The notes under the pieces are model-generated. The model ran no database searches, was not told the DNA's origin, and saw only the letters and a program-made list of their open reading frames with translations. Source: an uncultured delta proteobacterium (GTDB lineage Bacteria; Desulfobacterota; Binatia; Binatales; Binataceae). Taken from it: a DNA stretch of 64,000 nucleotides. Each line of letters opens with the position of its first letter. Within the stretch, counting starts at the first letter, position 1. Location of the stretch: positions 544,001 to 608,000 of the forward strand of contig CAWCDG010000004.1 of NCBI GenBank assembly GCA_963794325.1, in the 5' to 3' direction. Both the position numbers and the translations under genes were made by a program. Positions 18,736-28,169 of the stretch are shown piece after piece.

Positions 18736-18810
18736 GACAGCTTCGCGTCAGCGAAGCCGGTTCCGGTATCTGAAATCGCGCGCCGCGCGCGCTCCACTGC
18801 CGGCGCGTCG

Positions 18811-20004
18811 CTATACCAGCATCCCGGCCTGCACCACCGTCGGTCCGTCGCTCTTCGGAATCTTTGGCTCGCGCTTGCGCTTCATCGCCTTGTCGAGAAT
18901 CGGCGCGATTCGCTCGGCCTTCTGATGCGCCCGCTTTTGCTCGCGCTCCTTGAACTCCGGCATCACCTTCTCTGCGAACAGGTTGAGCGACGAGCAAATA
19001 TCCTCGTGCTTGTTGTTGCCCGCCTGCGAGATGAACACGACCTGGTCGACGCCGACTTCCTCGTACTCGCGCAGCCGCGTGCGAATCTGATCGGGCGATC
19101 CGACGCACGAGTTGGTGCCGTCCATTCCTGGCAGCGTGAACGGGCTCGCTTTGAAATTGCTCCAGATGTCGGTCTTGCCCGGCTCGTGCCTCCCGAACGC
19201 ATAGTGATGTCCCAGCGCGTAGGAGAAAAACTTCAGCCCCTCTTCGCCCATCTTGTGCGCCAGCTCCGCATTCTCGTCGCACATGAAGCCGGTGACGATC
19301 GCGATGTTCGGGTTGATTGCGTATCCGATCGGCTCGCACTCGTTCTCGAGCGTCGTGTAGTAGTCGGTGACCCAGGTCCGCGCTTCTTCCGGCGACACGA
19401 AGGCAAACGTCAGCGCGCCGATTCCGAGCTTGGCCGCCAGATGAATCGTCTCGCGCCGCGAACATGCGACCCACAGCGGCGGATGCGGTTTCTGCACCGG
19501 CTTCGGCACCACGTTGCGCACCGGCATCGAGAAGTACTTGCCCTCATGCCCAAGAAACGGATCCTCGACGAACATCCGCGCGATCGCCCCGAGCGACTCC
19601 TGCCACATCTCGCGCTTGTCGGCGCGCGGAATGTGAAAGCCGCCCAGCTCCAGCTCCGCCGACGATTCGCCGGTGCCGAACTCGACACGCCCGCCGCTCA
19701 CCAAATCGAGCGTCGCGATGCGCTCCGCGACGCGCGCGGGATGATTGTAGCCCGGCGGCAGCAGCACGATCCCATGCCCGAGCCGAATCTGCTTGGTCCG
19801 CTGACTCGCCGCAGCCAAAAAAATCTCCGGCGCCGACGAATGCGCGTATTCCTCGAGAAAGTGATGCTCGACTTCCCACATATGGTCGATGCCGAGTTTG
19901 TCCGCGAGCTCAACCTGGTCGAGCGCGTCCTTAAACAGCTTCAGCTCCGCGCCCTCCTTCCACGGCCGCGGCAACTGATGCTCATAAAAAGTTCCCAACT
20001 TCAT
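18811..20004 (-). CDS. LLM class flavin-dependent oxidoreductase
   Basis: Start MKLGTFYEHQ; WEVEHHF, RIATLDLVSGGRVEFGTG, PKPVQKPHPP. Confidence 0.92.
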   Translation of the reverse strand: MKLGTFYEHQLPRPWKEGAELKLFKDALDQVELADKLGIDHMWEVEHHFLEEYAHSSAPEIFLAAASQRTKQIRLGHGIVLLPPGYNHPARVAERIATLDLVSGGRVEFGTGESSAELELGGFHIPRADKREMWQESLGAIARMFVEDPFLGHEGKYFSMPVRNVVPKPVQKPHPPLWVACSRRETIHLAAKLGIGALTFAFVSPEEARTWVTDYYTTLENECEPIGYAINPNIAIVTGFMCDENAELAHKMGEEGLKFFSYALGHHYAFGRHEPGKTDIWSNFKASPFTLPGMDGTNSCVGSPDQIRTRLREYEEVGVDQVVFISQAGNNKHEDICSSLNLFAEKVMPEFKEREQKRAHQKAERIAPILDKAMKRKREPKIPKSDGPTVVQAGMLV

Positions 20005-20015
20005 TTTTTCAGTAC

Positions 20016-20708
20016 CTATTCCTTTGATGTTTGAGGCGTTTGCGGGTTCGCCGTAAACAGCGTGCGCTCGACCATGTCGATCACTTCGCGCTTGCGCCGC
20101 TCGATCATCGCGGGCTCGAGCAGGTTCATGCTCCACAGCCGCCGGATCATCGCCGCGGTCGTGAAGTAGCCAATCGTGATCGAGTTCAGGCTCCACATGA
20201 AATGCAGCGGATCGACTTCGGCGCGGAACTCGCCGTCGCGCTGTCCGCGAAAAATAAAATTCACCGCGATCGAAAACAGCGGCGGCAGCCGCCGCTTGAG
20301 CACTTGCCGCCCGACGCCGCTTTCGTCGGCCATCTCCTTCCACATGATACGCACGAAATCCGGATGGCTCGCGATAAAATCGATCGCGTCGCCGACCGCC
20401 TGGCGCATCCGCTCCTGCCGGCTCTCGCGCCCCCACGCAATCGCATTGGCCGCGTCCTCGAGACTCTCGAACATCTTGTCGAGCACCGAAAGGTAGAGCT
20501 GCTGCTTCGACGGAAAATGATGCAACAGCGACGGCGCCTTAATCCCAATCCGCTTCGCGATATCGCGCAAACTGGTCCCACGATACCCGCGCTCGGCAAA
20601 CAACACCTGCGCCACCTGCAAAACGCGGTCGCGCGTATCAGCAGGCCGCCGCAGGTCGACAACCTTGGCGGTGGCGCGAGAGGATGAACCTTTAGAAACG
20701 CTCCGCAT
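20016..20708 (-). CDS. TetR/AcrR family transcriptional regulator
   Basis: LFAERGYRGTSLRDIAKRIGIKAPSLLHHFPSKQQL HTH. Confidence 0.93.
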   Translation of the reverse strand: MRSVSKGSSSRATAKVVDLRRPADTRDRVLQVAQVLFAERGYRGTSLRDIAKRIGIKAPSLLHHFPSKQQLYLSVLDKMFESLEDAANAIAWGRESRQERMRQAVGDAIDFIASHPDFVRIMWKEMADESGVGRQVLKRRLPPLFSIAVNFIFRGQRDGEFRAEVDPLHFMWSLNSITIGYFTTAAMIRRLWSMNLLEPAMIERRKREVIDMVERTLFTANPQTPQTSKE

Positions 20709-20720
20709 TGACGTGTAAAA

Positions 20721-20749
20721 AATCTATCTAACGCCTGTTAGGGAGTCAA
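20721..20749 (-). promoter_or_regulatory. sigma70 promoter with a palindromic operator for tetR-LLM
   Basis: TTGACT, 17-nt spacer, TAGATT; CTAAC-gcct-GTTAG palindrome (20728-20741) lies in the spacer. Confidence 0.65.
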
Positions 20750-20827
20750 ACTACGCTGCCCGCCGCGCAATTAAGAACTTAGGAGGCTATCCAAAACCGG
20801 AAGCCCGTCGCGAATCGTCTCGATTAG

Positions 20828-21097
20828 CTACGCAGTTTTGAGCAGGTCTTCCCGTACCGCTTTGACTTCCTTGCGCACTGCCTGCCGTATCACGGTTTCA
20901 AGTCGGGCACCCCGGATGTGTTCGCGCAACGCGTCGTTGATCAGAGTCTGATAGTTGCCGCCGCCGGCGCGGTCCACCTTCGCCAGGAAGTGCTCGATGA
21001 TGTCGTTGTCCAGACGTATCGTGACCCGGGTCTTTCCTGGCGTCGACGGTACTATCGGACCTCGGCGCGCCTTGTGGAAATCGTATTCTTTCTTCAT
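20828..21097 (-). CDS. brnA: BrnA family antitoxin
   Basis: EYDF, KTRVTIRLDNDIIEHF, GNYQTLINDALR. Confidence 0.88.
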   Translation of the reverse strand: MKKEYDFHKARRGPIVPSTPGKTRVTIRLDNDIIEHFLAKVDRAGGGNYQTLINDALREHIRGARLETVIRQAVRKEVKAVREDLLKTA

Positions 21098-21366
21098 CCG
21101 CTTCTTTCCTCGTACTGAGACCGCTCATTTCGCGTGGCCTTGCGGGCAGAAATGATTCTGATCCGATCGGCGCGCGTCGTGTAAACGACGACCAGGACTT
21201 TTCCCAAAGAGCTGACCCCGAGCGCGACGAATCGTTCCTCGTCCGGCGCGTCGTCTGCCACCATCAGCATCGCTTCGTCCTCGAAGACGGTCATCGCCTC
21301 GGCAAAACGTACCCGATGTTTTCGCAGGTTGCTCCCGGCCTTATCGGGATCCCACTCAAATTGCAC
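21094..21366 (-). CDS. brnT: BrnT family toxin (type II TA ribonuclease)
   Basis: FEWDPDKAGSNLRKHRVRF, EERF, RIISARKAT; ATGA overlap with the antitoxin. Confidence 0.92.
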   Translation of the reverse strand: MQFEWDPDKAGSNLRKHRVRFAEAMTVFEDEAMLMVADDAPDEERFVALGVSSLGKVLVVVYTTRADRIRIISARKATRNERSQYEERSG

Positions 21367-21484
21367 AACCCGCCCCTGTGCATATTTGTACACGAACTCG
21401 GTATCGGCGTCCACTCCAGGCCGACCGGACGGTTCGCCTCAGCGGAATCCGCGGCGCAACGGACAATCGCGCCGCGGAAACGTC

Positions 21485-21522
21485 CCCCACCCTAGCCCTC
21501 CCCCCACGAACGGGGGAGGGAA
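21485..21522. repeat. REP-like palindrome, family B
   Basis: CCCCCACCCTAG-CCCTCCCCC-cacgaac-GGGGGAGGG-AA. Confidence 0.6.
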
Positions 21523-21702
21523 TCAGAAATCAGAGCCTTCGGTTCGGCGGTACGGAATGAGCAAAAGGACAATCCATTTTCGCTTTATAACTGCGCCGCC
21601 AACGTAGTAAGTTTCGTTCGAAGGAACCGGCACAAATATACGGAAGCGTTCCTCACATAAATCCTTCGCGAAAGACGCGCTGCGCGGATTTCGCGTCTTC
21701 AC

Positions 21703-21728
21703 ACTGGGTGCAGGGGTCACCCCTGCCG
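21703..21728 (+). repeat. Partial copy of repeat family A
   Basis: ACTGGGTGCAGGGGTCACCCCTGCCG, identical to 2789-2814. Confidence 0.8.
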
Positions 21729-21765
21729 CTCACCGCGCAGGTGATTTTCCGGGGAGGTGTCTTAG

Positions 21766-23175
21766 ATGAAAGAACTTTATTGGAAGCCGGCGCATGAACT
21801 TGCTGCGATGATTCGCAAGCGGGAGGTCAAACCCAGCGAGTTGATGGATGTGACCATCAGGCGGATCGAGCAGACTAATTCGAAGATTAATGCGTTTGTG
21901 GCGCTGCGGGCTGATGCTGCCATGGGTGAGGCGCGCGCGCTTGACGAGAAGATTGCGCGCGGCGAGAAAACCGGCACGCTCGCCGGGTTGCCGCTCGGGG
22001 TCAAGGACCTCGAGGACACGGTCGGGCTGGTGACTTCGCATGGATCGAAGCCGTTCAAGGACAACATGGCCAAGAAGGATTCGATCCAGGTCGCGCGGCT
22101 GAAGGCGGCGGGCGCGATCGTTATCGGCAAGACCAATGCGCCCGAGTTCGGCTACACCGCGTTCACCAAGAATCTGTTGTTCGGGCCGACCCGCAATCCG
22201 TGGAATCTCGAGCGCACGCCCGGCGGTTCGTCGGGCGGCACTTCGGCGGCGATCGCGGCGGGCGTCGTGCCGATTTCGACCGGTTCCGACGGCGGCGGAT
22301 CGGTGCGAATCCCGGCGTGCTACACCGGATGCTACGGGCTGAAGCCGACCTATGGCAGGATTCCCAACGACCCGACCTTCGGGATGCAAAGTTGGAACGA
22401 CACCTCGGTGCACGGCCCGATCGTGCGCACGGTCCGCGACGCTGCGATCTTCATGGACGCAGTGGTCGGCTATCACCCCGCCGATCCCGACTCGCTGCCG
22501 CATCCGGGGATCTCCTACGCCGCGATCCTCGAGGGTCTGCCGAAAAAACTGCGCATCGCATTTCATCCTGACTTCGGCCAGCTCGTGCAGACCGACGTTG
22601 CTCGCGAAATCGCGAAGGCGGCGGCCATCTTCAAGGACCTCGGCCACGACGTTACCACGATCGACGATCCAGTGCCCGACACCGGCCGCGCCTGGATGCA
22701 AGTTGGCGCGGGCCAGGCTTACGCGATGCTGCATGAATACTTCGAGAAGCATCACGAGGATTTCGGCCGCGCGTTCATCACCGGCAGCGAAGGCGCGCCG
22801 CGCGTGACGTGGAAGCATATGGGCGCCGCGTATCGACGCCGCCGCGAATTCAACGATTGGTGCCAGCACGTGTTCGAGCGCTTCGACCTGCTGCTGTGCC
22901 CGGTGCTGCCGACCGAAGCATTTCCGGCGAAGGGCCCGATGCCGACCGAGATCAACGGCCAGCCGCTCAAGGAACCACTGAACGCCGTCGTGTTCACCTA
23001 TCCGTTCAATATGAGCGGGCATCCCGGAGCGTCGGTACGCGCGGGACTTACCGATTCGGGCCTGCCCTGCGGACTGCAGATTGTCGCCGAGCGTCATCGC
23101 GAAGATCTGGTGCTGCAAGCGTCCTATGCATACGAGCAAGCGCGCCCATGGAACAACAAGTGGCCTCAGATCTGA
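21766..23175 (+). CDS. Amidase (amidase signature family)
   Basis: GVKD, GKTNAPEFG, GGSSGG, GSDGGGSVRIPA. Confidence 0.95.
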   Translation: MKELYWKPAHELAAMIRKREVKPSELMDVTIRRIEQTNSKINAFVALRADAAMGEARALDEKIARGEKTGTLAGLPLGVKDLEDTVGLVTSHGSKPFKDNMAKKDSIQVARLKAAGAIVIGKTNAPEFGYTAFTKNLLFGPTRNPWNLERTPGGSSGGTSAAIAAGVVPISTGSDGGGSVRIPACYTGCYGLKPTYGRIPNDPTFGMQSWNDTSVHGPIVRTVRDAAIFMDAVVGYHPADPDSLPHPGISYAAILEGLPKKLRIAFHPDFGQLVQTDVAREIAKAAAIFKDLGHDVTTIDDPVPDTGRAWMQVGAGQAYAMLHEYFEKHHEDFGRAFITGSEGAPRVTWKHMGAAYRRRREFNDWCQHVFERFDLLLCPVLPTEAFPAKGPMPTEINGQPLKEPLNAVVFTYPFNMSGHPGASVRAGLTDSGLPCGLQIVAERHREDLVLQASYAYEQARPWNNKWPQI

Positions 23176-23198
23176 TTATTTTATAGACAGGAAGGCAG

Positions 23199-24302
23199 AT
23201 GGATTTCGGACTAAGCGAAGAACAACAGCAACTCAAGGAAAGCGCTCGCGCATTTCTGACCGGCGAGTGTCCAACCACCTTCGTGCGCAAAGCGATGGCG
23301 ACGGAAGAGGGCTATCCGCGCGAGCTCTACGACCACATCGCAAAGCTCGGATGGACTGGCCTTACCGTCCCGGAACAATTCGGCGGCGCGGGACTCGGGA
23401 TGCTCGATATGGCGATGCTGCTCGAAGAAGGCGGCTACGCCGCGATGCCGGGACCGTTCCTTTTCTCATCGGCGCTCGCAGCCGGCGCGCTCAAGCTCAG
23501 CGGCGCCGAAAAACTCAATTCGAAATGGCTCACCGCGCTCGCCGAGGGTCGAGCAATCGGCACGGTCGCGGTGGTCGAGAGCGCGGGCAGTATCGATCCG
23601 CGGGACATCAACACGATCGCGACGAAGAGCGGTGGGGGCTGGCATCTCAACGGCATCAAGATGTTGGCGCCGTATGCGAACGTCGCCGACTTCATCGTCG
23701 TCGCCGCCAAACATGACTCTGATATTTTTCTATTCGTGGTCGATGCGAAATCCACCGGTGTGACGACTCGCTTGATAAAGAATCTCGATCTGACGCGTCG
23801 CGTTTCAAGCGTCGAGCTCAAGAACGCTCCCGCCGAGCGGCTGACCGGTGGAACCGACCTCTTCGCGAAGCTGATCGACGTCGCAGCAATCGCAATCGCC
23901 GCGGACTCGCTCGGCGGCACCGAGCGCGCGCTCGAGATGGCGGTCGATTACTCGAAAGTTCGCGAGCAGTTCGGCAAGCCGATCGGATCGTTTCAGGCGC
24001 TCAAGCACGCCGCCGCCGAAATTGTCGCGGATCTCGAGCCCGCGCGCGCATTGCTCTGGTACGCCGCCTACGCGTTCGACAACCATGCGGCAGACGCCGA
24101 GCGCGCGGCCTCGATGGCGAAGGCGCGCCTGTGCGATATCTACAGCCGCGCCAGCGACCGCGCCGTTCTGATGCACGGCGGAATCGGCTTCACCTGGGAG
24201 CACGATATGCATCTGTGGTTCAAACGCGCGCGCTTCAACGAATCGTGCTTCGGCTCGCCGTCGTTCCATCGCGAGCGCATCGCCGGCCTGGGCGACTACT
24301 GA
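23199..24302 (+). CDS. Acyl-CoA dehydrogenase family protein (short, beta-subunit-like)
   Basis: REQFGKPIGSFQALKH, HGGIGFTWEHD. Confidence 0.9.
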   Translation: MDFGLSEEQQQLKESARAFLTGECPTTFVRKAMATEEGYPRELYDHIAKLGWTGLTVPEQFGGAGLGMLDMAMLLEEGGYAAMPGPFLFSSALAAGALKLSGAEKLNSKWLTALAEGRAIGTVAVVESAGSIDPRDINTIATKSGGGWHLNGIKMLAPYANVADFIVVAAKHDSDIFLFVVDAKSTGVTTRLIKNLDLTRRVSSVELKNAPAERLTGGTDLFAKLIDVAAIAIAADSLGGTERALEMAVDYSKVREQFGKPIGSFQALKHAAAEIVADLEPARALLWYAAYAFDNHAADAERAASMAKARLCDIYSRASDRAVLMHGGIGFTWEHDMHLWFKRARFNESCFGSPSFHRERIAGLGDY

Positions 24303-24313
24303 ATCGGCGCTCC

Positions 24314-25333
24314 GTGAAGTTCGACATCTTCTACCAGCTCCCCGAAGCGGCGAATCAAATCACTGCTGAGCGTTATCGCGAGCTGATCGCGGAAGCCGCG
24401 GAAGCCGATCGGCTCGGCTTCAATACGGTGTGGCTCGCCGAGGTGCATTTCGCGCCGCGCTTTTCCGTGATGCCCACGCCGCTGCTGCTGCTCGCCGCAA
24501 TCGCGGAGCGCACCACCAACCTCCGCCTCGGCATGGCCGTCAACCTGATGCCGCTGCATCATCCGATCCGGCTGGCCGAAGAGGTGGCAACGCTGGACGT
24601 GCTGAGCGGCGGCCGGGTCGAGTTCGGCGCCGGCCGCGGCGCATTCCCGCTGAACTATCGCGGCTACGGCGTCGCGATGTCCGACAGCCGCGCACTGTTC
24701 GAAGACGGCCTCGAATCAATCAAGACTGCGTGGACGCAACCGCGCGTCGATGGAATCGAAGTAGTTCCCAAACCGATACAGCGGCCGCATCCGCCGATTC
24801 GGCTGGCCGCCAACAGCGCCGACACTTTCACTTTCGCCGGTGCGAATCGTTATCCAATCTTCGCCGGCGGTCCAGTGAATCCGATCCCGGTGCTCGCCGA
24901 GCGGCTTAAGATTTATGAGAGCGCGCTGAAGGCGGCGGGACACGAGCGTCCCGACGATTGGCTGGCGGCGGCGCTGATGGTGTTCGTCGGCCGCGATCGC
25001 GCTAAGGTTCGCGCGACGATTGAGCCCAGCCTGCGCAACTACTTCAACGCGGTCAGCGACATCATCGAGCCTGAAAGCCTCGCGCCCGGCCATCAAGCGG
25101 AATTCCAGAAAGTCCGCAATCGGCTGCGCACGATCGACTACTCGACTATCGATTCGATAATGGGAATTTTCGGCGACCCCGAATACTGCATCGATCGAAT
25201 CGCGCAACTAGAACAGCAATTCGGTTTCACGCGTCTGGTGTGCTGGTTCGAAATAGGCGGCATCAGCGGGCATCAGAACGTACTCGCATCAATGCGCCAA
25301 TTCGCTGATCGCGTGATGCCGAGGTTTCAATGA
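24314..25333 (+). CDS. LLM class flavin-dependent oxidoreductase
   Basis: GTG start (VKFDIF); WLAEVHF, ATLDVLSGGRVEFGAGRG. Confidence 0.9.
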   Translation: MKFDIFYQLPEAANQITAERYRELIAEAAEADRLGFNTVWLAEVHFAPRFSVMPTPLLLLAAIAERTTNLRLGMAVNLMPLHHPIRLAEEVATLDVLSGGRVEFGAGRGAFPLNYRGYGVAMSDSRALFEDGLESIKTAWTQPRVDGIEVVPKPIQRPHPPIRLAANSADTFTFAGANRYPIFAGGPVNPIPVLAERLKIYESALKAAGHERPDDWLAAALMVFVGRDRAKVRATIEPSLRNYFNAVSDIIEPESLAPGHQAEFQKVRNRLRTIDYSTIDSIMGIFGDPEYCIDRIAQLEQQFGFTRLVCWFEIGGISGHQNVLASMRQFADRVMPRFQ

Positions 25334-27087
25334 CGCGGCGAGTCTGACGACATCCTCACTGCGCGCAGGATGTCGGTCTTCGTCACGATTCCCTGCAGTG
25401 CGCCGGCTTCGTCGGTTACCAGCAGGATCTGCGCGCCGCGCTCTTGCACCAACAGCCGCAGCGCTTCGCTGAGGTCGCAGTCTTCCATGACTCGGATTGC
25501 GCTGCGGTCCGCGATTTCGCCGACGGTGATCTTGTCCCAATCCTCGGATGAGACTCGACTTAGATCTGATACTGAAATCGTTCCCACTACTTTGTCGCCT
25601 TCGTAAACCGGAAAAATCGTGTGACGGTGATGAGCCGCGACGCTCGCGACGAATTCGCGAATCGTCGAAATCGCTTGCACCGAGACTACGCGACGCTGCA
25701 TTACGTCCCGCACCGCCATGCCGGATAGCTCGGCAAGTTTCGCGGTCTCGTGAAGATGTTGATCGCCAGAGACCGACGCCTCGCCCGAAATCGCGTACGC
25801 GACTGCGGCGCCGATCAGACTCGGGATGATGTACGAATGACCTCCGGTAGTCTCCGCGACGAAGACCACTGCCGTGAGCGGGGCTTTGTAGCCGGCTGCG
25901 ATGAACGCCGCCATCCCGACCGCCGCATATAGATCGTGCGTCGGCGCGTGAACTACAGATTGCGCGTAGGCGTTGCCAAGAGCGCCGCCGACCAGCAGCA
26001 ACGGCACGAACATCGCGCTGACGCCGCCTGAGCCGAGCGTGAAAATTGTCGCGAGCAATTTCAACGCGACGAATAACAGCAGCACTTCGGTCGGTATCGG
26101 ATGCGCGAGTACGTAGCGCACGGCCTCGTAGTTGGGGCCGATCGGGATGAGCGGGCCGTCGTAAATCGTCACGAACGCGAGTCCGCACAGCGCGGTGCCG
26201 AGGCCGCCGATCGTGAGCTTCAGCCAGTGTGGTATCCGGCTGGCGATGAAGAAAACGCGCACGCGGCGGAACGTGATGTCGAAAACGATGGCGATGAGCC
26301 CGATGCCTGCGCCGAGCAGCGCCGACCACCAAATGTCGCTGGCTCGAAAGCTGGTGCTGCCGGCGAAACCGAACAGCGGCTGCGCGCCGACGATCGACAC
26401 CAGCGTCGCATATGCGACCACCGACGCGATCAGCGATGGCAGCAACGCTTCGTGCGCGAGGTCATCCTTGTACGGCATCTCGAGTGCGAACACGATCCCG
26501 GTGAGCGGCGCGCGGAAGACTGCCGACATGCCGGCCGCAGCGCCGCTGATCAACATGATGCGACGGTCGCGCGCCTCCAGCCCGAAACGTCGCAGCTTGG
26601 TCCATAGCCACGATCCGATCGCGCCGCCGCTGTAGATGCTAGGTCCCTCGAGCGCCGCGCTGCCGCCTGATCCGACAGTGGTCACTGCGGCGAGCAGCTT
26701 CCACCAGAACGGACCGATGTCGATGTCGCCCTGATGCTCGTGATAGGAGCGCACGATCTCTTCGGTCGAGTGCTCGTCGGGATTGGGCGTACAGAATTGC
26801 ATTATCAGGCCTGTCGCGAAGAAGCCGCTGACCAGTCCGACCACGATTGCCCAATGATGCCCAAGGTAGTAGAGAAGGAGCGCCCTCCAGATGACATCGA
26901 GAACGAGCACGGCGATCCCGGTTATGATGAGTCCGGTGAGGACGCCGATAACTGGCGCGACGAGGAGCCATTTCTGGATGTCCCGCGAGTAAGTTGCCGT
27001 CAGGTCTTCGTTGACGAGGGTGGCGTATTTTCGCAGTAGCGGATGTTTGAGGAATTTCGACTTGAGAACGTTCGTCAGAATTCCCAA
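25327..27087 (-). CDS. ClC-family anion channel/antiporter with C-terminal CBS pair
   Basis: GGSAALEGP, FRAPLTGIVFALE, KAPLTAVVFVAETTG, CBS GIVTKTDIL; TTG start with AAGGA SD. Confidence 0.88.
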   Translation of the reverse strand: MGILTNVLKSKFLKHPLLRKYATLVNEDLTATYSRDIQKWLLVAPVIGVLTGLIITGIAVLVLDVIWRALLLYYLGHHWAIVVGLVSGFFATGLIMQFCTPNPDEHSTEEIVRSYHEHQGDIDIGPFWWKLLAAVTTVGSGGSAALEGPSIYSGGAIGSWLWTKLRRFGLEARDRRIMLISGAAAGMSAVFRAPLTGIVFALEMPYKDDLAHEALLPSLIASVVAYATLVSIVGAQPLFGFAGSTSFRASDIWWSALLGAGIGLIAIVFDITFRRVRVFFIASRIPHWLKLTIGGLGTALCGLAFVTIYDGPLIPIGPNYEAVRYVLAHPIPTEVLLLFVALKLLATIFTLGSGGVSAMFVPLLLVGGALGNAYAQSVVHAPTHDLYAAVGMAAFIAAGYKAPLTAVVFVAETTGGHSYIIPSLIGAAVAYAISGEASVSGDQHLHETAKLAELSGMAVRDVMQRRVVSVQAISTIREFVASVAAHHRHTIFPVYEGDKVVGTISVSDLSRVSSEDWDKITVGEIADRSAIRVMEDCDLSEALRLLVQERGAQILLVTDEAGALQGIVTKTDILRAVRMSSDSPRH

Positions 27088-27395
27088 TGACGCTATCCTT
27101 TCCCTTCCCGGAGTCAGGCCGGACGAGTCACATTTCACAATCGCTGATGGTTATCACTATGTCTCGGCGTGGCACAGTCGCAGCAACGGATGTAGCAAAA
27201 TTGCCACAAGCGAACCATGGCAGGACACTGACTGAACGGGCGTTTCGCGTGCGTGTGCAGAATGCAGCCGATCTTCAACGTCCAAATCTGCGATTTGCTG
27301 GTTATCGAGGGCTTCAATTGCCCTCGCATCATCATACGTCAGCTAGGCGTACGGTTACTCGTCTTGCGATGGCTCCGAAGCTGGCACCAAGGAAA

Positions 27396-27411
27396 TGGCA
27401 CGGCAATTGGA
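27396..27411 (+). promoter_or_regulatory. Possible sigma54 promoter upstream of the receiver-domain gene
   Basis: TGGCACGGCAATTGGA; the -12 element reads GG instead of GC. Confidence 0.3.
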
Positions 27412-27513
27412 TCATCTCCGATCAGTAGCTTTCATCTGGCTTAGTTGAGACAGTTTTAGTTGACCGATTTACTGAAATCCGCGGGACCGGATTTCGTCAG
27501 GTGACGGGGGATT

Positions 27514-27996
27514 ATGAGCGACGAGAATAAAGAAAAAGAGCAAGACAAGGACTTGGGTGTGTTGAATCCGGCGGTCAGGATTTTCCTTGTCGAAGATAAT
27601 CCTGACCATGTTTTTATCGCGCTCACCGTGGTCAGGCAGGTGCTCGGCGACGATATCGAGTTGGTGCACGCGGCCAATGCTGACGAGGCGCTGCTCATGA
27701 TCGCTCAGTTCACCGAGCATGACCGTCCGGACTTGTTCCTGGTTGATTTGCGCCTGCCCGACAACGGCGGCTTCTCGGTGTTGCAGGCGGCGCGCGCGAA
27801 CGAGGCGCTCACTGCGGTGCCGATGTTCGTGATCACCAGCTCGCTCTACGATCGCGACATTGCCGAGAGCTATCAACTCGGCGCGTCCGCAGTCCTGTGC
27901 AAGCCGCTCTCGCGCGCCAAGCTGCGCGATGAGTTGGTGCGCGTCGGCGCGCTGCCTCTCTCGCAGCGGCCGAGCGACCCCGCATATCGTCACTAG
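27514..27996 (+). CDS. Single-domain response regulator (Rcp/CheY-like)
   Basis: LVEDNPD, PDLFLVDLRLP, ITSS, KP. Confidence 0.88.
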   Translation: MSDENKEKEQDKDLGVLNPAVRIFLVEDNPDHVFIALTVVRQVLGDDIELVHAANADEALLMIAQFTEHDRPDLFLVDLRLPDNGGFSVLQAARANEALTAVPMFVITSSLYDRDIAESYQLGASAVLCKPLSRAKLRDELVRVGALPLSQRPSDPAYRH

Positions 27997-28169
27997 CTCA
28001 AGATCAAATTGCATAATTGCTGCGGGCTGTGAGTCATCCGACTCGCGGCTCGTTTGCTTTTGCAGACTTGACGCTCGCGCCTGCAAATAGGATCGTCGCC
28101 TGACGGTCTGCGGAGCGGCAGACGCACTTGCCTAGCAGCGAAAGCGAAAATCATCGCACAGGAGTTGCC

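Noticed and set aside
21523-21720. 65-aa minus-strand ORF upstream of brnT
   Set aside because: Starts inside a repeat, has no SD and no recognisable motif
27090-27400. Fluoride riboswitch upstream of the ClC gene
   Set aside because: No GGnGAUGn..CnCC / CUGAUGAC core on the coding strand; only an isolated hairpin (CGAGGGC/GCCCTCG)
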